NCBI RefSeq assembly: GCF_009914755.1
Contig: NC_060940.1
Strand: one strand, 5' to 3'
From: the human T2T-CHM13v2.0 reference genome, Homo sapiens
DNA length: 64,000 bases
Shown: piece by piece, positions 14,090 to 26,947 of the stretch
How positions within the stretch are numbered: the first letter of the stretch is position 1
Layout of the letters: each line of letters starts with the position of its first letter
Made by a program: the position numbers and the translations under genes
Notes under the pieces: generated by a model
The model's database searches: none
Seen by the model: only the letters and a program-made list of their open reading frames with translations
What the model was told of the DNA's origin: nothing

Positions 14090-15020
14090 AGCATGATTGT
14101 TAAGAACACTGGCATTTAAGTTTGAGGTGCATAGTTTCAAATACCATTTCTACCGTTTACCAGCTCTGTGACCTCGCTAAAATTACTTACGTTCTCTAAA
14201 CCTGTTACGTCTTCTGTAAAATAGCGACAATAATATATTATTCACAGAATTATTGCAAATGATAAAATGAGATAGCATGTTTAAAGTGCTCACTGAAAAG
14301 GCTGCTCAAAAAAGAAAATGCCCCTATTAGCAAATACATTGTAAGCTTTATGAAGGCAGGAAAAATGCCAGGTCTAGTCACCATTTCTATCCTCAGAGCC
14401 TAGTACAGAATTTGGCCCATAGGTGCTCAGTATTTGCTGAATGGATGAATATATATATATTATTATAATGTTGATTTTTATCATTAGTGTCCTTGGATGC
14501 CAGGGATCGGTGTATTAAAATAATAATTACAGTTACCATTAACTGAGCGTTATTAAGTCTAGACACCTATGATTTCATATTTGTTAAATCATTTAATCAT
14601 CACAACTACCCTAGGAGACAGGTGCTATTATTGTTACAATTATATAAATGAAGAAATTGAGGCACAGAGAGGTTACATAACTTGTCCAAGATTACAGAGT
14701 TAGTGTGAAGTGGAGCAGGGATGTAAGCCCAAGTGCAAAGCATTAAATTATACTCTGCTAGGAAGTAGAGTAAATCATTGTTCAAATAATAATGGTAATG
14801 TACTTCTTTTTGTGCATTAGAAGTGATAGTTATCTCAAGTTTTTCTTTTATTTAACATTCACAAAGACCCTGGGAGATAATCATAATTATCCTCATTTTC
14901 CACATAAGGAAAATGAGGCACAAGTTGGTTAAACAAACACCCAAGAGCTCAGGTTAGAATGTGGCCCTTCTAGGATTCAAACCCAGGCCTGTCTGATTAC
15001 AAAGACATGCTTTTTGAACC
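14090..15020. mobile_element. Cluster of MIR and L2 fragments
   Basis: MIR cores at ~14160, ~14640 (gaaattgaggcacagagaggttacataacttgtccaag) and ~14900; L2 3' end at ~14400 (ggtgctcagtatttgctgaatggatgaat). Confidence 0.75.
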
Positions 15021-15089
15021 CTGTGTTTTAGAACACAGTAGGATAGTTTGAGGATGAACCTTGAATTCCAGTTTTCTCAGATTTTCTAT

Positions 15090-15730
15090 TGTGCTAGATA
15101 TGGCTAAGATTGCCACCTGTTCACCAATATGTTTCCTTTTCTTCCTGGGCACACAGCTAGACTACATTTCCCAACATCCTTAGCAACTGAGTGTTGCCAG
15201 ATGACTGATTTCTAGCCCATGAAACATGAGGGGAAGTGATGCATTTTGCTTCCAGGCTTGACCTCTAGATTCCTTCCACACTTGTTTCTCCTTGCTCCTT
15301 CCCTTTCTCTGCTGAATACAGAAGAGTATGACCAGGTTTTGGGGCAAGGGTCAGCAAACCATGTCCCAAGACCCAAATTCAACCTGTCACGTCTTTTTGT
15401 AAATTATGTTTTACTGGAACAAAGCTAGGCCATTAATTTATGTGTTGTCAATGACTGCTTTTATGGTACAATGGCAGCATTGAATAAAGGTGACAGAGAC
15501 ATTATAACCTGCAAAACCTACAGTAATTATGATCTGGTACTTTCTGCTGTAAAAAAAAAAAAAAAAAAAAGTAACTTCAGCTCTAGGGGATGGCAGAGTC
15601 ACAAGATGGAAGGAGCCTGGGTCCCTGAATAAACCTGCCAACATGAACCAGTCACTAAGTAAGAAATAAATTTCTATGATGAGTCATTATATTCCTGGGT
15701 CTCTTTATGAGAGCAGCTGTCCTACCATAA
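15090..15730. mobile_element. MLT1-type LTR interrupted by MER58A (~15342-15555)
   Basis: ctagactacatttcccaacatccttagc...; gggatggcagagtcacaagatggaaggagcctgggtccctga; MER58 ggggtcagcaaac...acctgcaaaaccta. Confidence 0.7.
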
Positions 15731-16567
15731 CTTATTTGCAGGACATTCTAGTTACAGAAATAATTACTTCCTTCCACATTCAATAGGAATAACCTATTTG
15801 GTTTCCCAAAATGATCCAAATTGCTTCTCCATATCATGCAATTCTTATTTCTCACCACCACACTCAGTAATGCAGCCACTTTCCCCCTTTCAGAGAGTAT
15901 AACACACAATCATCCCCATTGCACCCAGGAGAGACCTGCCAACAGCAACGTTCTATCTGGTATCCCAACTTATTGGGTTTTTTTGGTTTGTTTGGCTTTT
16001 TTTTTTAATTTGGGGTTTCAAAATTCCAAAGAGAAACAGAATCGCAGCACTTATCCAATAATTCTGTCTGTGTTGAGAAATAGGATTCTGGCAAGCATAG
16101 AAAAAAATATATTTTTATTAGTATGTCCAAATCTAGAATGCAATAAAATACAGACCTTTCAGAAGAGGAGGAAAAAAAAATCCTTAGTAAAGGGAAGGAA
16201 AGCCAAGAGCCGATTACTTACTGCTACAGAATCCAATATTGCAAAGCCCTTTTTTTCTTTTCCTATGCCACATTTTTAATGTCTCTGTGAGCTCAGTGTG
16301 CTGTGACTATCAATCACAGGAAACTACTGACATTGTGAAACTGCTTTTAAGATATACAGAGTTTTCAAAGCCAAAGTTGTCTGAAGAATAAAAATCTTCA
16401 GAGATCGTATATTTTCAAAAATATCTATTTGCACACCAAGCTGAGTAATGACCAGCTGTCCTTACTCTGCAACTGCTTGACAGAATGCATGAATATTGTT
16501 TTGTAGAAGACATTAAATACGGGAAACCAAAACTTTGTATGAGGATTGCCAGTTCTGCTATGGTCAA

Positions 16568-16930
16568 TGCTATGGCCTGAATGTTTGTGCTCTCCCAAAA
16601 TTTATATGTTGAAATCCTGACCACCAAGGCGATGGCATGAAGAGATGGGGTCTCTGGGAGGTAATTAGGTCATGAGGTCAGAGACCTCATCTATGGGATT
16701 AGAGCCCTTAAGAGAAGACACCCTGAGAGCTCATTCCCCGCTTCTGCCTGGTAAAGACACAGAGAGATGTTGGCCATCTGCAACCCAAAAGAAGGTTCTC
16801 ACCAGAAATGACCATGCTGATATCCTGACCTTGGACTTCCAAGCTTCAGAACTGTGAGAAATACGTTTCTATTGTTTATAAATCGCCCAGTCTATGGTGA
16901 TTTGTTATAGCAGCCCAAATGGACTAAGAA
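16568..16930. mobile_element. MLT1A/MST-type MaLR solo LTR
   Basis: tgctatggcctgaatgtttgtg...ggacttccaagcttcagaactgtgagaaat...ggactaag. Confidence 0.88.
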
Positions 16931-17834
16931 GTCAGTCTTTCTATCTGTGGGAAGCAGAGTCCATATTGATGCTGAGGCACTGAGAGTGGACAAATCAGAA
17001 TCAAGTTAATTTGTGAGTAGACAGAGTCCTCCAAATTCTACTTGGATGCTCAGGAAATTTTGATGTTTGTCAGGCACATATGGACATAACTCCATATGTG
17101 GATATGATGCCAAGTCTGCTGATATGGACCAGAGCCTGTGGGAATTTGCATTCTCTTCTTGGTGGTCCAGGAAGACCACCTAGAAAAAATATATTCTGAT
17201 CATCCAGGATTACCATCAATATTAATCATTGTTTCATTCAATAAATGTTGAGTTACTACTATATGCCAACCATCATTGTATACACTGGGAACATGATGGT
17301 GAATTAAACAGAATAAATTCTGTTCTTCACATGGATCACATTCCAGTCAGAAAATATAGAAAGTAAATAAATACATAGATAGATATATTATAGATACTGA
17401 AACAGAGTAATATTACACAGACCACAGCCTCTGACAACAATACAATAAAATTCAATAATGAAAAGAAAACCAGAGAAACTTTATCTGTTTGGAAATTTTG
17501 AATTTATAAATATTATAAATTCATGAATCCAGGAAGAAACTGCAAAGGAGAGTAGAAAACATTTAAAACTTATTGACAATGAAAAACACTACCTACCAGG
17601 ACCTGCAGAGTGGGATTAAAGCAAATACATATATATATTATAATATAATGTGTATATATAATATACACACATATATATAAAATGTATAAAATTTAATGAA
17701 CTAAGCATCCAACATACCCCAAAATGATATTAGGAATAAAAAGGAAGCCATAAATACAGATATAGCAACATTAGACATTAATAAGAATATGCTATAAAAA
17801 TTAGGCCAATAAATTTGAAGATTTAAATGAAATG

Positions 17835-18140
17835 CGTAGGGCATGATGGCGCACACGTGGAATCCGAACACTTTGGGAAGTCGAGACAGGAGGATGGCTT
17901 AAAGCCAGGAGTTTGAGACCACCCTGAGCAACAAAGCGAGACTTTGTCTCTACAAAAACTTTAAATATTAGCCAGGTACAGTGGTGCACACCTGTAGTCT
18001 CAGCTATTCGGGAGGCTGAGGCAGGAGAATCACTTGAGCCCAAGATTTAGAGGCTGCAGTGAGCTATGATTGCACCATTGCACTATAGGCTCAGCAAGAC
18101 AGTGAGATCCTGTCTCTAAAAAAGAAAAAAAGAAAAGAAA
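17835..18140 (+). mobile_element. Alu (AluJ-like) within old L1M remnant
   Basis: Dimeric Alu with ggaggatggctt / gaggctgcagtgagctatgatt and A-tail. Confidence 0.92.
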
Positions 18141-18504
18141 ACTTAAATGGACAAACTGCTAGAAAAATATAACTTGCCAAAAGCAAGTCAAGAAGAAAAA
18201 AATAAAATCAAGTAGATTAATGACATTAAAGAAATTGAATAAGTAGCTAAAACATACCCACAGAAAGAAAAACGTTAGACGGTTTTGCAGATGAATGCTA
18301 CCCAACTTCTGAAACTTATCATACCTTTCTTATATAAATTTTAGGGACTGCAATAATAGTAATAATAGCTAAAACTAAAAGGTTGGTTGCTATGTTATGA
18401 AGACTGTTCTAATTGTTTTACTTATTTTAACTGTTTAATCCTCAAAATATACGTTTGATGTTGGTATTTTCGTTTTCCTCATTTTCAAATTAAGAAACTG
18501 AGGC

Positions 18505-20368
18505 GGGGGAATTCATGTGGAGGTCAACGTGGAAGCAGGTGTGAGGGGGTCCAGCAGAAGAAAACATGGCTGCCAAAGTGTTTGAGTTCATCAGCAAGTT
18601 TGGCCTGGCCTTAGCTGTTGCAGGAGGCCTGGTGAAATGAACTCTGCCTTATAGAATGTGGATGCTGGGCACAGAGCTGTCATCTTTGACCTATTCCGTG
18701 GAGTACAGGACATTGTGGTAGGGGAAAGGACTCACTTTCTCATTCCATGGGTACAGAAACCAATTATCTTTGACTGCCCTTCTCGACCACGTAATGTGCC
18801 AGCCATCACTGGTAGCAAAGATTTACAGAATGTCAACATCACACTGCTCATCCTCTTCTGGCCTGTCACTAGCCAGTTTCCTTGCATCTTCACCAGCATC
18901 AGAGAGGACTATGATGAGCAGGTGCTGCCATCCGTCACGACCAAGATCCTCAAGTCCGTGGTGGCTAGCTTTGATGCTGGAGAACTAATCACCCAGAGAG
19001 AGCTGGTCTCCAGGTAGGTGAGCAATGACCTTACTTACAGAGCGAGCAGCCACCTTTGGGCTCATCCTGGATGACGTGTCCTTGACACATCTGACCTTCG
19101 GGAAGGAGTTCACAGAAGCGGTGGAAGCCAAACAGGTAGCTCAGCAGGAAGCAGAGGGCCAGATTTGTGGTGGAAAAGGCTGAGCAGCAGAAAAAGGTGG
19201 CCATCATCTCTGCTGAGGGCTACTCCAAGGCAGCTGAGCTGATTGCCAACTCACTGGCCACCGCAAGGGACCGCCTGATGGAGCTCTGCAAGCTGGAAGC
19301 TGCGGAGGACATCGCGTACCAGCTCTCACGCTCTCGGAACATCACCTATCCGCCGGCTGGGCAGTCCGTGCTCCTCCAGCTGCCCCAGTGAGGGCCCATC
19401 CTGCCTGCACCGCCGTGGGCTGACTGGGGCACAGCTCCGATGATTCTTAACACCGCCTTCCTTCCGCCCCCACCCCAGAAATCACGTGAAATTCCATGAC
19501 TGGCTTAAAGTGAAGGAAATAAGGGTAAAATCACTTCAGATCGCTAATTAGTCTATCAAATGAAACTCATTCTTCTCACATCCATCTACTTTTTTACCCA
19601 CCTCCCTACCAAAAATTGCCAAGTGCCCATGCAAACTGGCTTTATGTCCCAATTCGAGGCCTGCTGGAGCTCTGGCCTGGGCACCAGCGTTTAGCAGCAT
19701 GCAGGCGGGGCAGTGTGTGATGGACTGGGCAGCACAGGTGTCCGCCTGGGTCCACGTGTGACCTCCGTCCTGCCGCTGATGGAAGATTTGCGGATGAGGA
19801 CACATGCGGCTCAACTGAGAAGGCAGGCCTCCGTCTTCTCAGCTGTTCCTGCGCAGATGCAGCTGAAGAGAGGTGCCGGGGAGGGGCAGAGAGGACTTGG
19901 TCCGTCTCTTACCATAAGGCTGATTCTCTTTAACTGTGCGACCAACGGAAGCAGGTGTGTGTGAACTGGGCACAGATTGAAGAATCTGCCCCTGTTGAGG
20001 TGGGTGGGCCTGATTGTTGCCCCCAGGGTCCTAAAACTTGGATGGACTTGGATAGTGAGAGAGGAGGCCTGGATCCAGATATGAGTCCTGTGGAAGACTT
20101 CCTCTCTACCCCCTACCCTGGTCCCTCTCAAATACCCACTGGAATTCCAACTTGAAGGATTGCATCCTGCTGGGGCTGAACGTGCCTGCCAAAGATGTGT
20201 CCCACCTGAAGTTTCCCTGGTTCACAGACTGCCCTTCTTAAGGGCTCTGTGCCTGTGCTGGGAAGGAAACAACCATGGGAAGGAAACAAATGTGTATAAA
20301 CTGCTGTCAATAAATGACACCCAGACCTCCTGGCTCAAAAAAAAAAAAAAAAAGAAAAAGAAAAAGCA
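18505..20368 (+). pseudogene. PHB1: Processed pseudogene of prohibitin 1 (5'UTR, disabled CDS 18566-19391, long 3'UTR, poly(A))
   Basis: Intronless. ATG 18566 gives MAAKVFEFISKFGLALAVAGG; internal [22 protein letters not shown]; C-terminus [31 protein letters not shown]. Lesions: insertion creating TGA (~18638), TAG ~18652, TAG 19015-19017, ttac duplication ~19031, 2-bp deletion ~19155. AATAAA 20309-20314, poly(A) from 20337, TSD aagaaactgaggc 18492-18504 / 20369-20381. Confidence 0.97.
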
Positions 20369-20541
20369 AAGAAACTGAGGCAAAAGGTTTAGTTGCTATA
20401 AGTAGCTAAAATAGAAAAGAAAAAGAGAAAAAGCATCATTTCACAAGACTAGCAGTTAGAACTCTGACATGAAAACCAGACAAAGACAATACAAGAAAAG
20501 AAAATTATAGCTCAAACTCATTTACAAAAGCATTAAAATTC

Positions 20542-20838
<297 letters not shown>

Positions 20839-21289
20839 ACAAAAATTCTAAATAAGACATTAAACCAAATCCAGAAATGCATAAAATATTTATTCATATT
20901 ATGATCAAATAGGACTTATCCCAAGAATGCAAGTTTGGTTTAACATTTTAAAAATCCACTAGCATAATCCATCACATTAACAGACCAAAATATATGATAA
21001 TCTCAATAAATGCAGAAAGGAAAGAACTTTTAGCAAACTTGAAATATTAAATAGAAAGAAAACTTCCTTAAATTGTAAGACATCTGTCAAAACCCTACAG
21101 TGAACATCATATCTAAGGCTAAGACATAATACACATATGGTCTCCTTAAAAGAAGCAACAAAGGTGGCTGTTATCCCCTTACACTTAGTATTGTACTGAA
21201 GGTCCTAGCCAGCATAATATAAAAGGGAAAAAATGTTTTTTTTTTAAATATAAGGAACAAGAGAATGGGAAGGCAAGCCACACACTGTG

Positions 21290-22745
21290 ATAAAATATTT
21301 GCAAAAGCCATGTCTGATTTTTAAAAACGTCATGCAAAACATGCAAAGAGCCCTTGAAACTCAACATTAAGAAAATGAACCACCAATTAAAACATGGCAA
21401 AAGAGCTGTACAGACACCTTACCAAAGAAGATATACAGACGGCAAGTAAGCATATGAAGAGATGCTCCACATCATACGTCATTAGGGCAATGCAAATTAA
21501 AAGAACCATGTGATGCCACTATACACCAAAATCTAAAAGACTGACAACACCAAACACTGGCCAGGATGTGAAGCAACAGGAACTCTCATTCACTGCTGGT
21601 GGGAATGCATGATGATGCCACCACTTTAAGAGACAGCTTGGCAATTTTTTATAAAACTAAATATGCTGTTACCATATGATCCACCAATTGCACTCACTGG
21701 TATTTACACAAATGATTTGAAAATGTAAGTCCACACAAAAATCAACACACAGATGTTAATAGCACCTTTATTCATAATTGCCAAAACTTAGAAGCAACCA
21801 AGATGTCCTTCAGTCGGTGAATGGATAAATAAACTAGCATATCCAGATAAAGGAATATTATTCTATGCTCAGAAGAAATGAGCTATCAAGCCACAAAGAG
21901 ACATAGAAGAACCTTGAATTATATTTCTAAGTCAAAGAAGTCAATGTGAAAAGCCACACACTGTATGAGTCCAACTATATAAAAGGCATAACTATGAAGA
22001 CAGTAGAAAGATCAGTTGTTGCCAGGGGTTAGGGAGGAGGGAGGGATGAATAGGCACAGCACAGAGGATTTTTTAGGGCAGTGAAACTATTCAGTATGAT
22101 ACTATAATGGTGGATACATGTCATTAATCATGTATCTAAACCCATAGAGTGTCCACCACCAAGATTGAACAGTAATGTAAACTATATAGACTATGAGTGA
22201 TAATGATGTGTCAGTGTTAAGTCCACAGATTGTAAGAAATGTACCCCTCTGGTGGGAGATGTTGATTAGTGAGTGATATAGTTTGGCTGTGTCCCCACCC
22301 AAATCTCATCTTGAATTGTAGTTCCCATAATGCTCACATGTGGGAAGAACCTAGTGGGATGTAATTTAATCATAGGGGCAGTTATCTTCATGCTGTTCTC
22401 GTGATAGTGAGTGAGTTCTTACAAGGTCTGATGGTTTATAAGGGGCTTTCCTGGTTTTTGCTCAGCATTTCTCCTTGCTACTGCCATGTGAAGAAGGATG
22501 TGTTTGCTTCCCCTTCTGCCATGATTGTAAGTTTCCTGAGGCCTCCCCAGCCATGCTGAACTTTGAGTCAATTAAACCTGTTTCTTTTATAGATTACCCA
22601 GTCTTTATTAGCAGTGTGAGAACAGACTAACACAGTGAGGGAGGCTGTGTGTGTGTGGGAGCAGGTGAAGTACAGGAATTCTGGACTTTCCACTTGGCTT
22701 ATCTGTGAACCTAAAACTTCTCTAAAAAATAAGGTTCATTTAAAA
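21290..22745 (+). mobile_element. L1MC/L1MB-type 3' region
   Basis: ORF2-end motifs (accaaagaagatatacag, gcacctttattcataattgccaaaac) and long 3'UTR ending aaaaaataaggttcatt. Confidence 0.85.
22274..22634. mobile_element. THE1 solo LTR nested in L1
   Basis: tgatatagtttggctgtgtccccacccaaatctc ... gactaacaca; 5-bp TSD GTGAG. Confidence 0.93.
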
Positions 22746-22975
22746 TATGTATATATATGTATGTATGTATATGAGATTAACAAACAAACTCATTGTTCAT
22801 AGACAATATGATTATCAAGGTAAAAAATCCCAAGAGAATACACAAATTATTGGAACCGTTAAGAAAGTTCAATAAAAATATTTGATACAAGGTCAATATT
22901 CAAACATAAATAACATTCTTATTATAAGATACAAGAAATCTATGTAACCAATAAGTGATTAATATCAAGACTATT

Positions 22976-23277
22976 GACCAGGCGTGGTAGCTCACGCCTG
23001 TAATCCCAACACTTTGGGAGGCCGAGGCAGGCGGATCATTTGAGGTCAGGAATTTGAGACCAGCCTGGCCAACATGGTGAAACCCCATCTCTACTAAAAA
23101 ATACAGAAATTAGCTGAGTGTAGAGTCAGGCGCCTGTAATCCTAGCTACTCAGGAGGCTGAGGCATGAGAATCACTTGAACCTGGGAGGCTGGGGTTGCA
23201 GTGAGCCAAGATCGTGCCACTGGCACTCCAGCCTGGACAACAGAGTGAGACTCAGTCTCAAAAATAAACAAAAAAAG
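22976..23277 (+). mobile_element. Alu (AluSx-like)
   Basis: Full dimer; TSD aagactat. Confidence 0.96.
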
Positions 23278-23936
23278 ACTATATATTGATTTATATAAAG
23301 ACTATATAAATCAACAAGAATACAACCCAATAGAAATTGTCACAGTATATGAATAGGCAATTCAGAAAGAAACTTAAATGACCACGTCTCATTATTAATC
23401 AGGCAAATGAAAATTAAAAATAAAATGAAATATTTTCACATGCATCAGAATGAAAAAAATCTAATATCATATGTTGGCAAGGATATGCAGAACTAGAAAA
23501 TCTCATGCAGGGAGTCGATTGATAGATTTTTGAAAGTAATAATTGTTAAAAACCAGAAATTTTGCATCGAGGTGTTTACCTTAGAGAAACTCTTGCACAG
23601 GTGCAAGGATATAGTTTACAGTATGTACTACAATTATTGCCTGACATATCAATCTTCTCTACATCATGATATGAAATGGATAACCCAGGCTTTCCTTGCC
23701 TTCCAAGAAAATGTTCTGTGTTTCAGTTGCTTCAATTATTAGTTTTCCTTGTAGTAGGATTAAATCTTTCCAAAATTGATGCCCGGGTTCTTTCTGCCTT
23801 CTCTCTTCCATAGGCCTTCTCCCTTTCCTGCAGGGCTGTTATTTGAAATTACCTAATACAAGCAACCAATATTGAGATGCTAAGTGCTAATTGGATAAGG
23901 TGTACTCATGTGCATACGGATAGAGGCTGTATTCAA

Positions 23937-24152
23937 TACAGGGAGTTTCAACCCAGACTGCACATTAGAATATAAGTAGAGAGTTATAGATATTGTTGTT
24001 GTTGTTGTTTTTTAAGTAACACTGATGTTCAGGCCCCAGTACCAAGATTTTGATCTAGTTGGTCTAATTGGGATACTCTGGAGCTGGGGTATTTATATTT
24101 TTTTAAACTATCCAAGTGCTTTTAGTGCTCACCAGAGTTTAAAAACCACTTG
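23937..24152. mobile_element. MER5-type hAT element
   Basis: cagggagtttcaacccagactgcacattagaat ... ccagagtttaaaaaccacttg. Confidence 0.7.
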
Positions 24153-25549
24153 CCTGGACTGCAAGGCCTGAGATGCAGATACAAAACAGTACAATGTTAG
24201 GAACAGGACCTGGGAGGGCCTAGGCAGATGCAAAGACTTATAAAATAGTGTGTCTTTTCCTCAGCAATAAGCAGCCTTGCCATCTGGCTTAGCAGAGAGT
24301 GAGCATAGCCACATGTTACCAAACATGAATTTAATACTTTTCAAAGAACTGGTATATATTTAACAGGAAAATACTACCGAACAATATTTAACCTTTGATC
24401 TAAAAATTCCTTTGAAGGATTTCACAAATCATCAGCCTTGGGGTATTAAAACAATCAGAGGTTATTAACAAAGATCAGTTTTAGTGCTTTCGTATCTACT
24501 GGATTTAAGAAATCCGTAAACCTGAGAGTGATTAGGATAGCCACTAACAAACTTGGTTTATAAAGTACTGAAATCCTACTTAGGAAAAGCACAGTTGTGC
24601 TTCTGGGAAGTTGTGTCCACTTGGGAAAAGCCCATCTTCCTATTCTGCAAAGGAATGTGAAGGTGTTTATGTTGAAATGATACCAACATTTATTTATTGA
24701 GATAGAAAAATCTTAATAATACTTTAAGTTTTTTTTTTAAAAAAAGCACATTACAATTACATGTGCACTATGATCTCATTTTTAAGAATATTTTATTGAT
24801 GTTTGTATATTCATCAAAATTGAACAGTAGTTATTTTTTATTTTTTCATACAATAAGCAAACTTGTATTACTTATACTTTAAAAGATAATTTTCAAAAAC
24901 AGGTAAATCAAGCTGTCATATAGATATAAAAATGAACCTGTGTTAAAGAGTTTATTTTACTCATACTGAGGGAAATAGAGAGATGTTACATCCAAAGAAA
25001 AGGTTAAAAAAAAAAAGGCACACATTTATGGAGAAAATAAATGTTCAAAAAAATGAGCAGATGGAGGAAAAACTGATTTTTCCATAATGGGAGAAGAAAA
25101 CCAATTAAACCTACTAGATAGAACAGAATTTGCATGTGTGTCATTACCTACAACTTACAGATTTAGAAAATAGAGCTAAGATAATAAAAGATTAAAATCA
25201 TATAATGACATATTTTTGTACGTGTAATAAATTATTTTTAAGAAAACAGTCACAAAAATAACAGCTTCAGGACAGGCTTAGATCCATGTTCCAAGGCTGC
25301 CACTTTCTAGTGGGTGAGTTCCTAAATTTTTCTTTGCTGTTGCCTCAGTTTCCTGATCTGTAAAATAGGGTAATAATCCCTACCATACAATCTTACTCTG
25401 AGGATTCAATGTAAAGTGCTTACTGGTCTGGCACACTGTGAGTTCTCAATATGCTGATGGTATAATCTAGTGAAGTACAATGCCTGGCACATAATGGGTC
25501 CTCCATCAAAACTGAATGGATGAATGAAGGAATGAAAATATGGATTCAG

Positions 25550-26947
25550 CTATTGCTTCCATGATGGCGCTGGAAGGCTTCAGTGCTGTCACCATCATGG
25601 CACCAGTCTCACCATGGCTTGAGTCCCAGACTGCACCACAGCCCCTCAGAAGACATGGGTCCCCAGATTATCTTTAGTGCCAGAGCTCTGGCCACAGGCA
25701 GCTCCCCAGTAGTGGAATAATAGAACCTCCATATGAACTCTTTATGGGAAACTTTGCTAATTTGTAGCAGCTGGACAGTATTCCTCATTAACATCTGTCT
25801 GTCAGCATACATGTCACATCATTTTACTATAGCGGCAGAAACTCAGCTTCAAATTCAATACAGAAAAAAACACCTGGATCTCAGTCTTTCAATGGCTTTA
25901 AGGCGACCAGAAGTGCCTGTTCCCGAGTAGACCTCTGGGCAGGATGTCCCTGCCCTTTGGGACATACACTGGGCTTTCAGCTATGATGATGACTTCAAGG
26001 ATTCTACACCCATGACTCCTCCTCCATCGGACATGGGCAGCATCCTCTGGAAGTCAGTGATTCCAGATCACAAGTATCAGCACCTTACCAAGGTAGAGGA
26101 CCCACCCATGACACTATCACCGGCCATTGACAGTACAGAGAAGGTCCTGCTAGTGAAAACTAAAGCTACCCATTCATCAGAAATTATTTGATCACAAAAC
26201 AGACCCAGAAGAGCACTTAACATTTTGAGCAATAGGCAGGGCTACATACCCTCCAAGAGACTTACCCTCAAGAAGACCAAGCACCTTTGAGTGACAGAAG
26301 CGCTTCATGAACTAAAGCTATGGAGTGGGGAGATAACAAAAGAAAAGAAGCTCAGTGTATCAGCCCAGTCCATCCAAGCAGCAATCCCCACTCATCCCCT
26401 AAGCAGAAGCCCAGAGGCCAGTCCACTGTGGTTCTTTCACATCTTTACCTGGCCCAGATCCAGCACCATGTATTCTGAAAGTGGAGGTGAGGACAGAAAC
26501 AGATCATATAAATGCAGCATCCTTGGACCAAGATCCCCAGAAGTATGATCTGGGAGGTTTTGCCAGCCAGGGCTACAGAGGAGCCCAGAAGCCCCCTCTA
26601 ATAGAACTGATCCATGTCCAGATCACCTAAATAGCTGAAGATTAAGAAACCTTCAAGCTACCCAAGATAAACATCTCAGTGATGGAAGAGAAGAAATAAC
26701 CACCAAGGACCCATAACCTCAAACCCTCTGACTTGAGTATACTCACATCCACTGCTTTCTAGAGCTCTTTCTATTCAAGTAGTTCCAGATAGAGGGTGTC
26801 TTGTATTCCACCCCTTTTACCCTGGATCTGATGTAGAAAAGTTATATTTTTTTCTTAAAACCTCTTAAACTGAGGCTAAAGCTGGAGACATCACTAATTT
26901 TTTATAAACAGTACAAAGCTTGTCCTTATTGTGTGGAAGAATCATTT
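25550..26947 (+). pseudogene. KIAA1191: Old processed pseudogene of KIAA1191 (p33MONOX); decayed CDS 25892-26762
   Basis: Intronless. MALRRPEVP (parent MASRQPEVP), PMTPPPSDMGSILWKSVIPDHKYQHLTKVE (parent PMTPPPSDMGSVPWKPVIPERKYQHLAKVE), EALHELKLWSGEITKE, C-terminus HNLKPSDLSILTSTAF* (parent HNLKPRDLNVLTPTGF*). Stops (TAG 25928-25930), deletions and frameshifts. 5' boundary approximate; no poly(A) of its own. Confidence 0.92.

Noticed and set aside
15821-16279. 152-aa ORF
   Set aside because: Non-ATG start, runs through homopolymer tracts, no recognisable domain; consistent with a chance ORF.
18658-19391. ORFs 18658..19017 and 19167..19391 as functional prohibitin proteins
   Set aside because: They are fragments between frameshifts and stops, start at GTG rather than the native ATG, and sit in a retrocopy with poly(A) and TSD.
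25535-25555. TSD shared between the KIAA1191 5' flank and the L1 3' flank (~33070-33090)
   Set aside because: Only weak AT-rich similarity; not distinguishable from chance.
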